A stretch of 64,000 nt of DNA, taken from the NCBI GenBank assembly GCA_021816955.1, contig JAKAWP010000004.1, positions 117-64,116 of the forward strand. The letters run 5' to 3'. Source of the DNA: Thermoplasmata archaeon. GTDB taxonomy: Archaea > Thermoplasmatota > Thermoplasmata > Lutacidiplasmatales > UBA184. The notes beneath the pieces were generated by a model. It searched no databases, had not been told where the DNA came from, and saw nothing but the letters and a program-made list of their open reading frames with translations. A program made the position numbers and the translations under genes. This document shows positions 39,558 through 49,470 of the stretch, in pieces (position 1 is the stretch's first letter; each line of letters begins with the position of its first letter).

Positions 39558-40271
39558 ATGACCGACGTACACGGCTGCTGGCTACCGGACGACCGACGCT
39601 ACAGCCTCGCGCACGACGTCTGGCTTCAGGCCACGGCGGACGGGACCGTTCGGCTCGGCCTGATGAGCCCGCTCGTGGCGTTCATGGGGATCGCCACGTC
39701 GTTTTCGTTTCGACCGGACGAGCCGGTCTCCGAACGAGGACGCAGCGTCGGGACGGTGGAGTCGGTCCGTTTCACGGGGGCCGTGCGACTGCCGCTCGCG
39801 GCCCGGGTGATCGAGCGAAACGGGCGACTCCTGTCGACGCCCCGGCTGCTAAACGACGATCCGTACGGCGAGGGGTGGGTCGTGCGCATCGCCCCGGTCT
39901 CGCCGTCGGACGTCGACCGGTACACCGTACCCGCCGAGGCGACCGTGGCCGAGTTGGACGAACGGATCCGGCGGCTCGGCATTCGCTGCTGGCCGAGGGT
40001 CCCCGACGTCGAGCTCGTCGAACTCGGACTCGAATGTTCGGCGATCTTCGCCAAGTTGGACGACGAGCTTGCGCGTCGGCCGAGCGGTTCGGCGGTCCTG
40101 CTCGTGACCGACGATCCGACCAGCCCGATCGAGATGGTCCGCTACACCGACCGGACGGGTCACGCGGTGCTCGCCCACCGAACGGAGGACGATCGCCATT
40201 ACTTCCTCGTTCGAAAGCGATCGGAGGGCGACCGAGGCGGCGTCGGGACGGACGGGCGACGTTTCGGATGA
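39558..40271 (+). CDS. GcvH-like domain (lipoyl Lys replaced by Arg) fused to a TusA-like sulfur-carrier domain
   Basis: The N-terminal half aligns with glycine-cleavage H protein (YSLAHDVWLQ..., GTVESVRFTGAV..., LLNDDPYGEGWVVRI). The C-terminal half aligns with TusA (VELGLECSAIF..., LLVTDDPTSPIEMVRYTDRTGHAVL, HYFLVRKR). Confidence 0.75.
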   Translation: MTDVHGCWLPDDRRYSLAHDVWLQATADGTVRLGLMSPLVAFMGIATSFSFRPDEPVSERGRSVGTVESVRFTGAVRLPLAARVIERNGRLLSTPRLLNDDPYGEGWVVRIAPVSPSDVDRYTVPAEATVAELDERIRRLGIRCWPRVPDVELVELGLECSAIFAKLDDELARRPSGSAVLLVTDDPTSPIEMVRYTDRTGHAVLAHRTEDDRHYFLVRKRSEGDRGGVGTDGRRFG

Positions 40272-40276
40272 TCCGG

Positions 40277-41131
40277 CTACTTCTCGATGGGGGTTCGCAC
40301 GAGATTCCCCCACTCGGTCCATGACCCGTCGTAGTTCCGCACGTCGGGATAGCCGAGCAGGTGCGTCAGGACGAACCAAGTGTGACTCGACCGCTCGCCG
40401 ATGCGGCAGTACGTGATCACCGGCTGGTCCGGTTTCACCCCGTGCCCCCGGTAGAGCGCCTCGAGCTCCTCGCGCGATTTGAACGTCCCGTCGTCCCGCA
40501 CCGCTTGGGCCCACGGGATGTTCTTCGCGCCGGGGATGTGGCCGCCGCGCTGGGCGTGCTCGGTCGGATACTCCGGGGGCGCCGTGATCTCGCCGGAGAA
40601 CTCCTTCGGGCCGCGAACGTCCACGAGCGCCCGGCGACCCGCCCGGACCTCGTCGAGCGCCGCGCGAACATCGTCGAGGAAGACTCGGAGCCTCGGATCG
40701 GGGGCCCCGGCCTTCGCGTGTCCGCGCGGAGGGTGCGGCGGCTCCTTCGTGAGCGGGCGGTCCTCGCTGATCCACTTCTTGCGGCCCCCGTTCATCAGCG
40801 CGAGCGATCGGAGACCGTAGTAGCTGAACACCCAGAAGGCGAACGCCGCGAACCAGTTGTTGAAATCGCCGTACAACACGATCCGCGTGTCGGGGTCGAC
40901 GCCGGCCCGCTCGAGGTACGCCGTGAGCGCATCGCGCGACAAGATGTCGCGTCGGACGGGGTCGTTGATATCCTTGCGCCAGTCGGCGAGCACCGCGCCG
41001 GGAATATGGCCGAGGTCGTAGTTCGCGGCGGGGTCGTAGTCGACCTCGATGATCCGCACCTTCGGGTCGTTAAGGTGCTCGGCGACCCACGACGTCTCGA
41101 CAACCGTCTCCGGATGCGCGTACTCGGCCAT
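40277..41131 (-). CDS. tandem-rhodanese sulfurtransferase (thiosulfate/3-mercaptopyruvate type)
   Basis: 284 aa with two rhodanese domains and the active-site loop CRIGERSSHTWF. Confidence 0.9.
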   Translation of the reverse strand: MAEYAHPETVVETSWVAEHLNDPKVRIIEVDYDPAANYDLGHIPGAVLADWRKDINDPVRRDILSRDALTAYLERAGVDPDTRIVLYGDFNNWFAAFAFWVFSYYGLRSLALMNGGRKKWISEDRPLTKEPPHPPRGHAKAGAPDPRLRVFLDDVRAALDEVRAGRRALVDVRGPKEFSGEITAPPEYPTEHAQRGGHIPGAKNIPWAQAVRDDGTFKSREELEALYRGHGVKPDQPVITYCRIGERSSHTWFVLTHLLGYPDVRNYDGSWTEWGNLVRTPIEK

Positions 41132-41154
41132 AGCGGACCCGTCTAGCGACGGTC

Positions 41155-41164
41155 GAATATAATC
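41155..41164 (-). promoter_or_regulatory. TATA box (GATTATATTC on the minus strand) for a leaderless rhodanese mRNA
   Basis: An A/T-rich patch centred about 29 nt upstream of the ATG at 41131. Confidence 0.45.
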
Positions 41165-41191
41165 TCTTCGAGGTGATTTAATTCGGCTCGA

Positions 41192-41509
41192 CTAGCCCCG
41201 CCGCCCGCGCTTCGGGAGCTGCGCGTCGCTCACCTCGATCGTCTCGGGGTCGAAGCCGAGACGGGCGAGCTCGTCGCGGATGCGGGGTCGGTGGTCCCCC
41301 TGCAGGTACACTTCCCCGTCGACGACGCTCCCGCCGGTCGCGAGGCGATTCTTGAGCGAGCGGGTCGTCTCTTCGAGGTCGACGCCGGGGGGAAAGCCGG
41401 AGATCACCGTCGCCGGCTTGTTGTACCGGCGCGGCTCGACCCGCACCCGGATCCGGGCGCTTTCCCGATCGAGGGCGCTCAGGATCTCGTCAAACTCGTT
41501 GTTGCTCAT
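41192..41509 (-). CDS. translation initiation factor aSUI1/eIF1
   Basis: Trimmed to MSNNEFDEILSAL. Contains RVEPRRYNKPATVISGF and LKNRLATGGSV. A GGAGGGGA lies 10 nt upstream of the ATG. Confidence 0.9.
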   Translation of the reverse strand: MSNNEFDEILSALDRESARIRVRVEPRRYNKPATVISGFPPGVDLEETTRSLKNRLATGGSVVDGEVYLQGDHRPRIRDELARLGFDPETIEVSDAQLPKRGRRG

Positions 41510-41679
41510 CTCGGCCCGGTCCCCTCCCGATGGTCGCCCAAGGGGAGAAGCAAGCGGAAGACCGAGCCGCGGATCGACGACGGGACCGCGCCGCGGGACC
41601 GCCACGAACGGCTGGGGGCGGGAAGACCACTCACCGATGCCCCCTACGCGCTAGGAACGGATGAACTTTTGGCTCCCCG

Positions 41680-42459
41680 CTAGCCCGGGCGCCAGCGGTA
41701 GAGGCGGAGCGCGATCGTCACGCCGATGGCGGTGCTCAGCCCGAGAAGGCCGGCGTAGAGGAGCAGGGTGTCGGTCGCCGCAGGGGTGATGCCGAGGACC
41801 CCTTGGACGAGGAGCGCGGCGTAGGTCGTCGGAATGCCGTGCGCGACGAGCTGCCAAGCGGGCGGCAAGTAGCTGATCGGGTAGTACAGCGGGCTCAGCA
41901 TGCCGAGGACCGCGAACGTGAGGTTCCCGACCGGCCAGATCTCCCGTTGGGTCTTCACCCGACTCGAGATCGCGATGCCGATCGACGAGAAGAGGACCCA
42001 GAGCGCGAACAGCACGCCGAGCAGGATCAGCCACGCATAGAACGGCACCGGCGTCCCCCGGTCCCACTCGACGTACCCGAGGAGGGTGCCGAGGATGACG
42101 AGCGCCGGGATCATCGCGATCAGGTTGGAGAACGCGATCCCGAACAGGTAGCGGAGCCGCCCCATCGGACTCGCGACAAACAGGTCCTGGAGCGACGCCT
42201 CGATCCGCCAGGAGGCGCTGTCGCCGAGCACCCAGCTGCCGATGTTCTGCAGGGTGAACAGCATCGCCCCCACGATCTCGAGGGGCAACAGCTCGGCGGG
42301 GCTGATCAGGCTGAGGAAGTACAGGAAGATGAACGGAAGAAGGATCGGGGCGATCGCCACCGCCGGGTTCCGGCCGATCCACCGCCAGCCGATGATCAGG
42401 AAGGCGGGAAGGCTCCGGCCCTCCGTCGGAAGGTTGGCCGAGCGTACGGGCTGGGCCAC
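41680..42459 (-). CDS. ABC-2 type transporter permease
   Basis: 259 aa with six hydrophobic helices. It lies immediately after a paralogous permease and an ABC ATPase. Confidence 0.75.
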   Translation of the reverse strand: MAQPVRSANLPTEGRSLPAFLIIGWRWIGRNPAVAIAPILLPFIFLYFLSLISPAELLPLEIVGAMLFTLQNIGSWVLGDSASWRIEASLQDLFVASPMGRLRYLFGIAFSNLIAMIPALVILGTLLGYVEWDRGTPVPFYAWLILLGVLFALWVLFSSIGIAISSRVKTQREIWPVGNLTFAVLGMLSPLYYPISYLPPAWQLVAHGIPTTYAALLVQGVLGITPAATDTLLLYAGLLGLSTAIGVTIALRLYRWRPG

Positions 42460-42462
42460 GGT

Positions 42463-43227
42463 TCACGGCTCCCGGGCGGTCCGTCGGGCCCACAGCGCGG
42501 CGCCCACGAAGCACGCCATCACTTCGACCGCCAGGCTGCCCGAGGCGAGCCACACGCCGTTCGTCGATAAGGCGATCGTCCCGAGGGCGGATTGGACGAG
42601 CGCGGCGGCGGCGCTCGGGGGAAGGACCAGCGCGATCGGCTGGAGGGCGGGCGGAAACAGCGTGAGGGGATAGAAGACGGGAAAGAGCACGCCGAACAGG
42701 TTGAAGAACAGGCTCGAGTACGCCCAGATCGCCCGGTTCTCGCGGAAGAACGTCGAGAAGATGTAGCCGACCGACGCGCTGAACAGCCAAACGCCGGCGC
42801 TGACGGCGAACAACAGGAGCGCGAGGGACGGCGTGTACGCCACGACCCAGAGCGAGACCGCGGCGATCGCCACGACCGGCCAGATGTACACGAGCAGGAT
42901 CCCGAGCGCCATCCCGAGGAAGTACGCTTCCGGCTGGAGCGGGGAGGCAAAGTACAGGTCGTTCGACCGGTGGTCGATGCGCAAGTACGCCGCTTCGTTC
43001 AGCACCCGGTTCCCCATCGTGAACATGCTGAACACGATCGCTCCAACGAACGCGACCGGAAGCAATCCGGGGTTCAGGATCCAGACGAAGACGAGGAGCA
43101 CTCCCTGGACGACCATCGAGGTCGCCATCGCGAGGGTCTCGTGGCCTTGGACGAGCAGCTCCGTGAAGACGAACCACCGCAACCCCCGGAACGGGCGGGA
43201 CGGCGAAAGGACGACGTCACTCGTCAT
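42463..43227 (-). CDS. ABC-2 type transporter permease
   Basis: 254-aa polytopic protein. It overlaps the ATPase stop by 11 nt. Confidence 0.75.
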   Translation of the reverse strand: MTSDVVLSPSRPFRGLRWFVFTELLVQGHETLAMATSMVVQGVLLVFVWILNPGLLPVAFVGAIVFSMFTMGNRVLNEAAYLRIDHRSNDLYFASPLQPEAYFLGMALGILLVYIWPVVAIAAVSLWVVAYTPSLALLLFAVSAGVWLFSASVGYIFSTFFRENRAIWAYSSLFFNLFGVLFPVFYPLTLFPPALQPIALVLPPSAAAALVQSALGTIALSTNGVWLASGSLAVEVMACFVGAALWARRTAREP

Positions 43228-44143
43228 TGATCGAACGGCCCACTGAGCGCAGGAACGCCTCCTCGAGCGTCACCGGTCCGACCGTCGCCGCCTTCTCGTG
43301 CGCCACGGCGAAGTCGAGCAGCTCGCGGAGTCGGGACGGGTCGACGATCACGGTCACCGCCCCGCCGTCGGCGACGCACTCCCCGAACGACCGGAGCGTT
43401 TCTTCGAGACCGCGTCCGTCGGCGATCGTGACCTTGAGCGTGCCGCCGAGCGACCGCTTCAGCTCGTCCGCGGTCCCGGCCGTGAGGACCCGTCCGCCCT
43501 CGATGATGTACAGCCGGTCGCTGAGCACCTCGGCCTCGTCGAGGTAGTGGGTCGTGAGGAGGAGCGTCGACCCCTTGCGCGTGAGCCCCTTGAGGGAGTC
43601 CCAGACGCCTCGGCGGGCGAACGGGTCCATCCCGATCGACGGCTCGTCGAGGAAGAGAAGCGGCGCCTCGGTCGCGATCACCGTCGCGACCATCGTTCGC
43701 TGGCGCTGGCCGCCGGACAGCGTGATCGAGAGCCGGTCCGCGACGCTTTCGAGCCCCATCTGGGCGATGGCGGCCTCGCAGCGGCTCTTCGCCGTCTCTC
43801 GCCCGATCCCCCGGGCGCGCAGGTAGGTGTAGATCTGCTCGCGGGGCGTCAGATGGAAGAACGGCTTGCCTTCTTGGGGAACGACCGCGATGTACGGCCG
43901 CGCCCGCTCGGGATGACGGTCGGCATCCTCTCCGAAGATCTCGATCGTCCCCGACGTCGGCCGCAACAGCGTGGAGGCGATCTTGAGGAACGTCGTCTTG
44001 CCGGCCCCGTTGCGGCCGAGCAGGCTCACCCGCTCCCCGCGACGGACCTCGATCGATACCCCGCGCAGCGCCTCGACGGGCGGAGTTCCTCGCGAGTGGT
44101 AGGTCTTGCGGAGATCGACGCTCCGCAAGGCTTCTTCGCTCAC
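43217..44143 (-). CDS. ABC transporter ATP-binding protein (ABC-2/DrrA-like exporter type)
   Basis: Contains Walker A GRNGAGKTT, the signature LSGGQRQR and Walker B LLFLDEPS. Trimmed to a GTG preceded by GGAGGGAGGG. Confidence 0.9.
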   Translation of the reverse strand: MSEEALRSVDLRKTYHSRGTPPVEALRGVSIEVRRGERVSLLGRNGAGKTTFLKIASTLLRPTSGTIEIFGEDADRHPERARPYIAVVPQEGKPFFHLTPREQIYTYLRARGIGRETAKSRCEAAIAQMGLESVADRLSITLSGGQRQRTMVATVIATEAPLLFLDEPSIGMDPFARRGVWDSLKGLTRKGSTLLLTTHYLDEAEVLSDRLYIIEGGRVLTAGTADELKRSLGGTLKVTIADGRGLEETLRSFGECVADGGAVTVIVDPSRLRELLDFAVAHEKAATVGPVTLEEAFLRSVGRSINDE

Positions 44144-44247
44144 GACGCGCGACCCTCCCTCACGAATCGACGGCCGGAACCGGCCGCGCCTTCCACGGCG
44201 TCGGCCGTCTCGCGGCGATCGCCGCCCAGAGAAGGTTGCCCGAGCGC

Positions 44248-44643
44248 TTATCCACCGCAGCCGCAGCCGCCGCCGTTCGCCGAGCTCGACCCGCACGAAC
44301 CGCAGCCGCCCGTCATCCCGGCTTCGTCGGGGGTGGGGAGCTTCGGATTCGTGATCTGGAAGCCGGACTCCTCAAGCCCTTCGATGTAGTCGATGACCGC
44401 TCCATCGACCATCGGCGCGCTCGCCGGGTCGACGAGGAGCGTGAGCCCGTCGCGCTTGACCACGAGATCGTCCTTGCGGGGTTTCGCGAACGCCAGTCCG
44501 AACTGGACGGCCCCCGCCCCGCCCCCGCAGCACCCACCGCCCCCCGGTTGGGCGTAGACCCGAATGCCGACGTCGGGGGTCTGGCCCCGGATCAGGCTCT
44601 GAATCTGGCTCACGGCCGCCGGCCGCATCTCAATCTGCACCAT
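44248..44643 (-). CDS. HesB/IscA-family iron-sulfur cluster insertion protein
   Basis: 131 aa. It has an IscA-like fold start (MVQIEMRPAAVSQIQSLI), a GGGGCCGGG segment and a C-terminal Cys-Gly cluster (GGCGSCG...GGGCGCGG). Confidence 0.85.
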   Translation of the reverse strand: MVQIEMRPAAVSQIQSLIRGQTPDVGIRVYAQPGGGGCCGGGAGAVQFGLAFAKPRKDDLVVKRDGLTLLVDPASAPMVDGAVIDYIEGLEESGFQITNPKLPTPDEAGMTGGCGSCGSSSANGGGCGCGG

Positions 44644-44842
44644 GGAGTCGACCTCTCCGGCGCATCTAGTCGGTCGGATGCCTTAAGCTCTGCGCCGCTC
44701 GGGCCGCACACCCGGGCGGTTCCGCTGGCCGCCCACCGACCGAGGGGGGACCCGGTCCGAGGGCGTCCTCCCCCGCTCCTCGCGGTTCGTACCTACTCCC
44801 ATAAACGGCTTGGCCCTTCCCGCGCTGTCCCGAGAGCCGAGC

Positions 44843-46105
44843 ATGGTCGTAGCGAAGCCTCCCTTGGTGGACCAGCCGAGGGACCGGGAAGGCGTCGGGC
44901 CGGCGGTCGCCCCGGACCCGGGAATCGACCTCGTCAACTTCGCGGTCAGCATCGACTCGGGATCGATCGAGACGTTGGAACTGGCGAACCGACGGATCGG
45001 CCCGGCGTTCGTACAGGAGCGCTTCGATCAGATTTCGGGCACCCACGAAGTCGCGGTCCTCAAGACGTGCCATCGCACGGAGCTGTTCGTGCTCGGGGGC
45101 AGCGCTTCCGATCGGGACCGCTGGGCCGATGCGCTCTCGGAGATCGGGGGACCGTGGACGCGGCGGGACGGGGCGGCCGCCGTCTCGCACCTGTTCCGCG
45201 TGGCCGCCGGATTGGAGTCGACGGCGGTCGGCGAAGCGGAGGTACGGCGACAGGTCCGCGACGCGGCGGCGAAGGTGACGAGCCGCTACCCTCGGCCCGT
45301 CTTGCGGCCGCTCTTCGAGCGGGCCGTGGCGACCGCCGAAGCGCTCCTGCCGACCGTAGGGCCCGAGCGATCGATCGCCGCGGTCGCCGCCAGCCGGGTC
45401 CTCGAGACGGTCGGCCGGCCGTTTCCTCGGGTCGTGGTCGTCGGTAGCGGGGTGGTCGGTCGCCAGGTCGCCGATCTGCTCGCTCCGTTCGCCCGCCTGA
45501 CCGTCGTCTACCGTTACCATCCGCCCGAGGAAACGTTCCTGCGGACCATCGGGGCCCGGGCGGCCCCGATCGAGGGCCTCTCGGACGAGCTCGACGTCGC
45601 CGATGCGGTCGTCGCCTGTGCGAAGAGCGGCTCGACGGTCGTCTCGCTCTCGAAGCCACGGACGGCCCACCCCCTCGTGGTCGTCGACCTGGGCGTTCCC
45701 CGCAACGTCGACCCGAACGCCGCGACCGTTCCCGGGGTCACGGTGGTCGACCTCGAGTCGCTCTACCGGACGGCGCGCCTCGCGCCGCTGCCCGCCGCGA
45801 CGATGGCAGAACTCGAGCGACGCGCGGCCGCCGCGGTCGACGAGCTGCGACAGGAGCAGCGGACGGCGCGGATCGATCGCCTGTGGCGGGAGGCCGAATC
45901 CGCCCGGCAGGCGGAACTCGACGTCGCCCGGCCGTTCCTGGGCCCGCTCACCCCCGTCCAACAGGCCGCCGTCGATCGCCTCACCCGTCGGCTCGTCATC
46001 CGTCTTCTCGCTCGTCCGCTCTCTCGCCTCAAGTCCGTTCGGGCCCGACCGGACGACGAGGCCGAATTCGAGGCGGCGCTCGAGCTGTTCACCGACCGGC
46101 CGTGA
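44843..46105 (+). CDS. hemA: glutamyl-tRNA reductase
   Basis: Contains the active-site segment LKTCHRTELF and the NADPH-binding motif VVVVGSGVVGRQV. The start is set at the first ATG. Confidence 0.9.
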   Translation: MVVAKPPLVDQPRDREGVGPAVAPDPGIDLVNFAVSIDSGSIETLELANRRIGPAFVQERFDQISGTHEVAVLKTCHRTELFVLGGSASDRDRWADALSEIGGPWTRRDGAAAVSHLFRVAAGLESTAVGEAEVRRQVRDAAAKVTSRYPRPVLRPLFERAVATAEALLPTVGPERSIAAVAASRVLETVGRPFPRVVVVGSGVVGRQVADLLAPFARLTVVYRYHPPEETFLRTIGARAAPIEGLSDELDVADAVVACAKSGSTVVSLSKPRTAHPLVVVDLGVPRNVDPNAATVPGVTVVDLESLYRTARLAPLPAATMAELERRAAAAVDELRQEQRTARIDRLWREAESARQAELDVARPFLGPLTPVQQAAVDRLTRRLVIRLLARPLSRLKSVRARPDDEAEFEAALELFTDRP

Positions 46106-46992
46106 GCAGCGCCTTGCGCATCGGCACCCGGCGGAGCCGGCTCGCCCTCGCCCAGACCGACCTGGTCGTGCGCGCGCTCGCCCGCCGCTCCCCTCGGCTT
46201 CGGACCGAGGTCGTTCCGCTCGTGACGTCGGGCGACCGCCGCCGCGGACGGACCCCGGACTTCACCGACTCGCTCGAACGGGCCCTCGAGCAGGACGCGA
46301 TCGACGTCGCCGTCCACAGCGCGAAGGATCTGAACCGGGACCTGCGACCGGGCCTCACGATCGCGGCGACCCTCCCGCGGGCCGACCCGCGTGACGCGTT
46401 CGTCCGGCCCCGGGGAGCGTCCCGTCCCCTGCCGGCGGACGGGGTGACGGTCGGATCGAGCAGTCCGCGACGACGCGCCCAGCTGCTGCGCGGGCGACCG
46501 GGCTGGGAGGTGGTCGAACTGCGGGGGAACGTCGACCGACGGCTCGATCAGCTCGACCACGGCCGATTCGACGTTCTTTGCCTCGCCGTCGCCGGGCTCG
46601 AGCGGCTCGGCGCCGCGGATCGGATCGCGGAGCGGTTGCCGGTCGGGCGGTTCGTTCCGTCCCCCGGGCAGGGGACGATCGCGCTCGAGGTTCGAGAGGA
46701 CGATCGGGCGACGCTTCGAGCGGTCCAACGGATCGACCATCCCGTGAGCCGGGCACGGCTCACGGCCGAACGGGCGGCCGCCCGGGCCGTCGACGGCGAC
46801 TGCGATCGGCCGTTCGGGGCGTTGGCGGTGGCCCACGGACGCCGGCTCGACCTTATCGCCGAGGCCCTGTCGAGCGACGGACGCCGAACGGTCCGGGTCC
46901 GGGCGTCCGGCTCGATCGCGGCGCCGTCGGACGTCGGGCGACGGGCCGGCGCGGCGCTGACGACCCGGGGAGCGCATCGGCTCTGGGCGTAG
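46102..46992 (+). CDS. hemC: hydroxymethylbilane synthase (porphobilinogen deaminase)
   Basis: The GTG overlaps the hemA TGA (GTGA). Contains LRIGTRRSRLALAQT and VTSGDR motifs. Confidence 0.9.
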   Translation: MSSALRIGTRRSRLALAQTDLVVRALARRSPRLRTEVVPLVTSGDRRRGRTPDFTDSLERALEQDAIDVAVHSAKDLNRDLRPGLTIAATLPRADPRDAFVRPRGASRPLPADGVTVGSSSPRRRAQLLRGRPGWEVVELRGNVDRRLDQLDHGRFDVLCLAVAGLERLGAADRIAERLPVGRFVPSPGQGTIALEVREDDRATLRAVQRIDHPVSRARLTAERAAARAVDGDCDRPFGALAVAHGRRLDLIAEALSSDGRRTVRVRASGSIAAPSDVGRRAGAALTTRGAHRLWA

Positions 46993-47004
46993 CGAGGCTG
47001 GGCC

Positions 47005-47766
47005 GTGACCGAACGCCCGACAATCCTCTTGCTCGCCTCCGACCGGACGTTCCCCGGGTTCGAGCGGCGGCTCGGCGGTCGGGCGTTTGAGGTCGTCCGG
47101 TGGGAGACCGTTCGGTTCCGTCCGGTGGCGCCGCACCTCATCACGCGGCGGCTCCGCCGGTTCGGCCCGTTCGACACCGTCGTGGTGACCAGTGGGCCGG
47201 GGGCGCGGGCGCTAGTCGATTGGTCGCGGCGCCAGCTGTTGGGTGTTCGACCTTCCGAACTGGAGATCTGGGCCGTCGGACCCGCCACGGCCCGCGCCGT
47301 CCGCACCGCCGGCGGAAATCGCGTTCGGACCGCCGCCGGTACTGGCGCCGCCGCCATCGCCCGGGAGTTTGCGCGGCTGCCACCGCGCCGGGTCGTGCGG
47401 GTACGGTCGGATCGAGCCGGCCCAGCCCTCGCCCGGAGTCTCCGACGCTCGGGGCATACGGTGCTCGATCTGATCGGCTATCGCGTCGCCGCCCCGGACC
47501 GACCGAGCCGCCGGCTCCGGCGCGCCGTCGACCGGGCCACGGTGGTGGTCGCCACGAGCCCGTCGGCGATCTCCCTGGCGCGGCTCCGGCTCGCCCCGAC
47601 CCGCTTCGCGCGGTTGAGGCACCGCGCCATCGCCTTCGGAGTCGGGATCCGGACGGTCCGGGCGTTGCGGGGTCACGGCTTCCGCCGGGTCCGCGCGCTC
47701 TCGCCCTCCGGCGCACAACGATTTACGGCCCGCCGCCTCCGCGAGGAAGTCGATGGCCTCTCTTGA
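47005..47766 (+). CDS. hemD: uroporphyrinogen-III synthase
   Basis: 253 aa with HEM4-like VVVTSGPGARALV and VVATSPSAISLA segments. Its position between hemC and hemB supports the call. Confidence 0.8.
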   Translation: MTERPTILLLASDRTFPGFERRLGGRAFEVVRWETVRFRPVAPHLITRRLRRFGPFDTVVVTSGPGARALVDWSRRQLLGVRPSELEIWAVGPATARAVRTAGGNRVRTAAGTGAAAIAREFARLPPRRVVRVRSDRAGPALARSLRRSGHTVLDLIGYRVAAPDRPSRRLRRAVDRATVVVATSPSAISLARLRLAPTRFARLRHRAIAFGVGIRTVRALRGHGFRRVRALSPSGAQRFTARRLREEVDGLS

Positions 47767-48748
47767 CCGAGCCCCCGTTCGAAGCCGGTTGCGGCTGCGC
47801 CGGATGCGGCGGCTGGCAGCGGTCCGCCGGTGGACCGCCGGGCCGACGGTCGACGTGGAGCGGTTGATGTGGCCGATCTTCGTCCGGCCCGGCGCGGGTG
47901 CTCCCGAGCCGGTCGCCGCGCTCCCGGGCGTCGAACGGTACTCCGTCGGTCGCGTCGACCGGCTCGCCCGAACGATCCAATCCGAGGGCCTCCGTTCTGT
48001 TCTTGTCTTCGGCGTGCCCCGGCGGAAGGACGACCTCGGGTCGGGCGCCGTCGCCCCGAACGGGCTGGTCCCGCAGGCGATTCGGGCCATCAAGCGGGCG
48101 GCGCCCGATCTGGTGGTGGCGACGGACGTCTGCTTGTGCGCGTACACCCGGTACGGGCACTGCGGCGTGGTGCGGGGCCGCGAGGTCGACAACGACCGGA
48201 CCGTCGAGCAGTTGGCCCGCATGGCCGTCGCGCACGCGCGAGCGGGGGCCGACTTCGTTGCGCCGAGCGCGATGATGGACCACCAGGTCGGCGCGATTCG
48301 GGACGCCCTCGATCGCGCCGGTCACACCTCCACCGGCATCCTCGCGTACGCGGCGAAGTTCGCAAGCGCCTTCTACGGCCCGTTCCGCGAAGCCGCCGAT
48401 TCGGCCCCGGCATGGGGAGACCGACGCGGCTACCAACTCCCGCCGGACCACCTCCGGGCGGCCCTCGAGGAGATGGCGGAGGACGCCGCGGAGGGCGCCG
48501 ACGTGCTGATGGTCAAGCCCGGGCTCCCGTACCTCGATGTGCTCGCGCGCGCCCGGGAGCGGTTCGACCGGCCGCTCGCGGCGTACCAGGTGAGCGGGGA
48601 GTACGCGATGCTCAAGGCGGCGGCTCGGGCCGGTGCACTCGACGAGCGGGCCGCCGTCGACGAGTCGATCGTCGCGCTCCACCGCGCGGGCGCCGACCTG
48701 ATCGTCTCCTATTTCGCCCGCGAGATCGCCCAACGGAGGGGACGGTGA
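47753..48748 (+). CDS. hemB: porphobilinogen synthase (ALA dehydratase)
   Basis: 331 aa containing RLRRMRR...PIFV, APSAMMDHQVGAIRDAL and VKPGLPYLDV. It overlaps hemD by 14 nt. Confidence 0.93.
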   Translation: MASLDRAPVRSRLRLRRMRRLAAVRRWTAGPTVDVERLMWPIFVRPGAGAPEPVAALPGVERYSVGRVDRLARTIQSEGLRSVLVFGVPRRKDDLGSGAVAPNGLVPQAIRAIKRAAPDLVVATDVCLCAYTRYGHCGVVRGREVDNDRTVEQLARMAVAHARAGADFVAPSAMMDHQVGAIRDALDRAGHTSTGILAYAAKFASAFYGPFREAADSAPAWGDRRGYQLPPDHLRAALEEMAEDAAEGADVLMVKPGLPYLDVLARARERFDRPLAAYQVSGEYAMLKAAARAGALDERAAVDESIVALHRAGADLIVSYFAREIAQRRGR

Positions 48749-49470
48749 GCGACCCGACCCCTTCGGAGCCGCCGGGCGGCCCCCGGGATGTCGTCAAGTA
48801 CACGTTCTTCCACGTTCGACCGGAGTGGCGTCGCCGCCCGGCGAGCGAGCGCCGGGAGGCGCGGGAGGAGTTCGCCCGGACGCTCGAACGACCGATCGCC
48901 GACCTCCTCTGGCGGACGTACTCGCTCGTCGGAACGCGGGCGGAAGCCGATCTCTTGCTCTGGACGATCGCCCCCCGCCTCGAGCCGATCCAGACCCTCC
49001 ACGGGCGGCTCAACGCGACGGCGCTCGCCGGGTACCTCGATGTGCCGTACTCCTACCTCGGGATGGCCCGCCGCAGCGAGTACCTCGGCGAGCACGCCCA
49101 CGGCGGCGAGGGGAGTTCGGCCCGTCGCCGTCCGCTCGACCGACCGTACCTCTTCGTCTACCCGTTCATCAAGAAGCGCGAGTGGTACGGCCTCCCGTTC
49201 GAGGAGCGGCGGCGGATCATGGCCGAGCACTTCCGTATCGGTCACCGCTACCCGAGCGTCGAGATCCACACCGGCTACTCCTTCGGGCTCGACGACATGG
49301 AGTTCATCCTCGCCTTTGAGGCCGACGATCCGGCGACGTTCCTCGACCTCGTCGCCGAGCTCCGGCCGTCGGAAGCCAGTCGGTACACCGCCCTCGAGAC
49401 CCCGATCTTCACCGCCCGCCAGATGGACGTCCGCGAGGCGTTGGCCCTCGCGGACGGCGCCCCCGAATGA
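48745..49470 (+). CDS. hemQ: chlorite-dismutase-family protein, HemQ/ChdC-like coproheme decarboxylase
   Basis: The GTG overlaps the hemB TGA. Contains YTFFHVRPEW, FVYPFIKKREWY and MAEHFRIGHRY segments typical of Cld-like/HemQ proteins. Confidence 0.8.
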   Translation: MSDPTPSEPPGGPRDVVKYTFFHVRPEWRRRPASERREAREEFARTLERPIADLLWRTYSLVGTRAEADLLLWTIAPRLEPIQTLHGRLNATALAGYLDVPYSYLGMARRSEYLGEHAHGGEGSSARRRPLDRPYLFVYPFIKKREWYGLPFEERRRIMAEHFRIGHRYPSVEIHTGYSFGLDDMEFILAFEADDPATFLDLVAELRPSEASRYTALETPIFTARQMDVREALALADGAPE

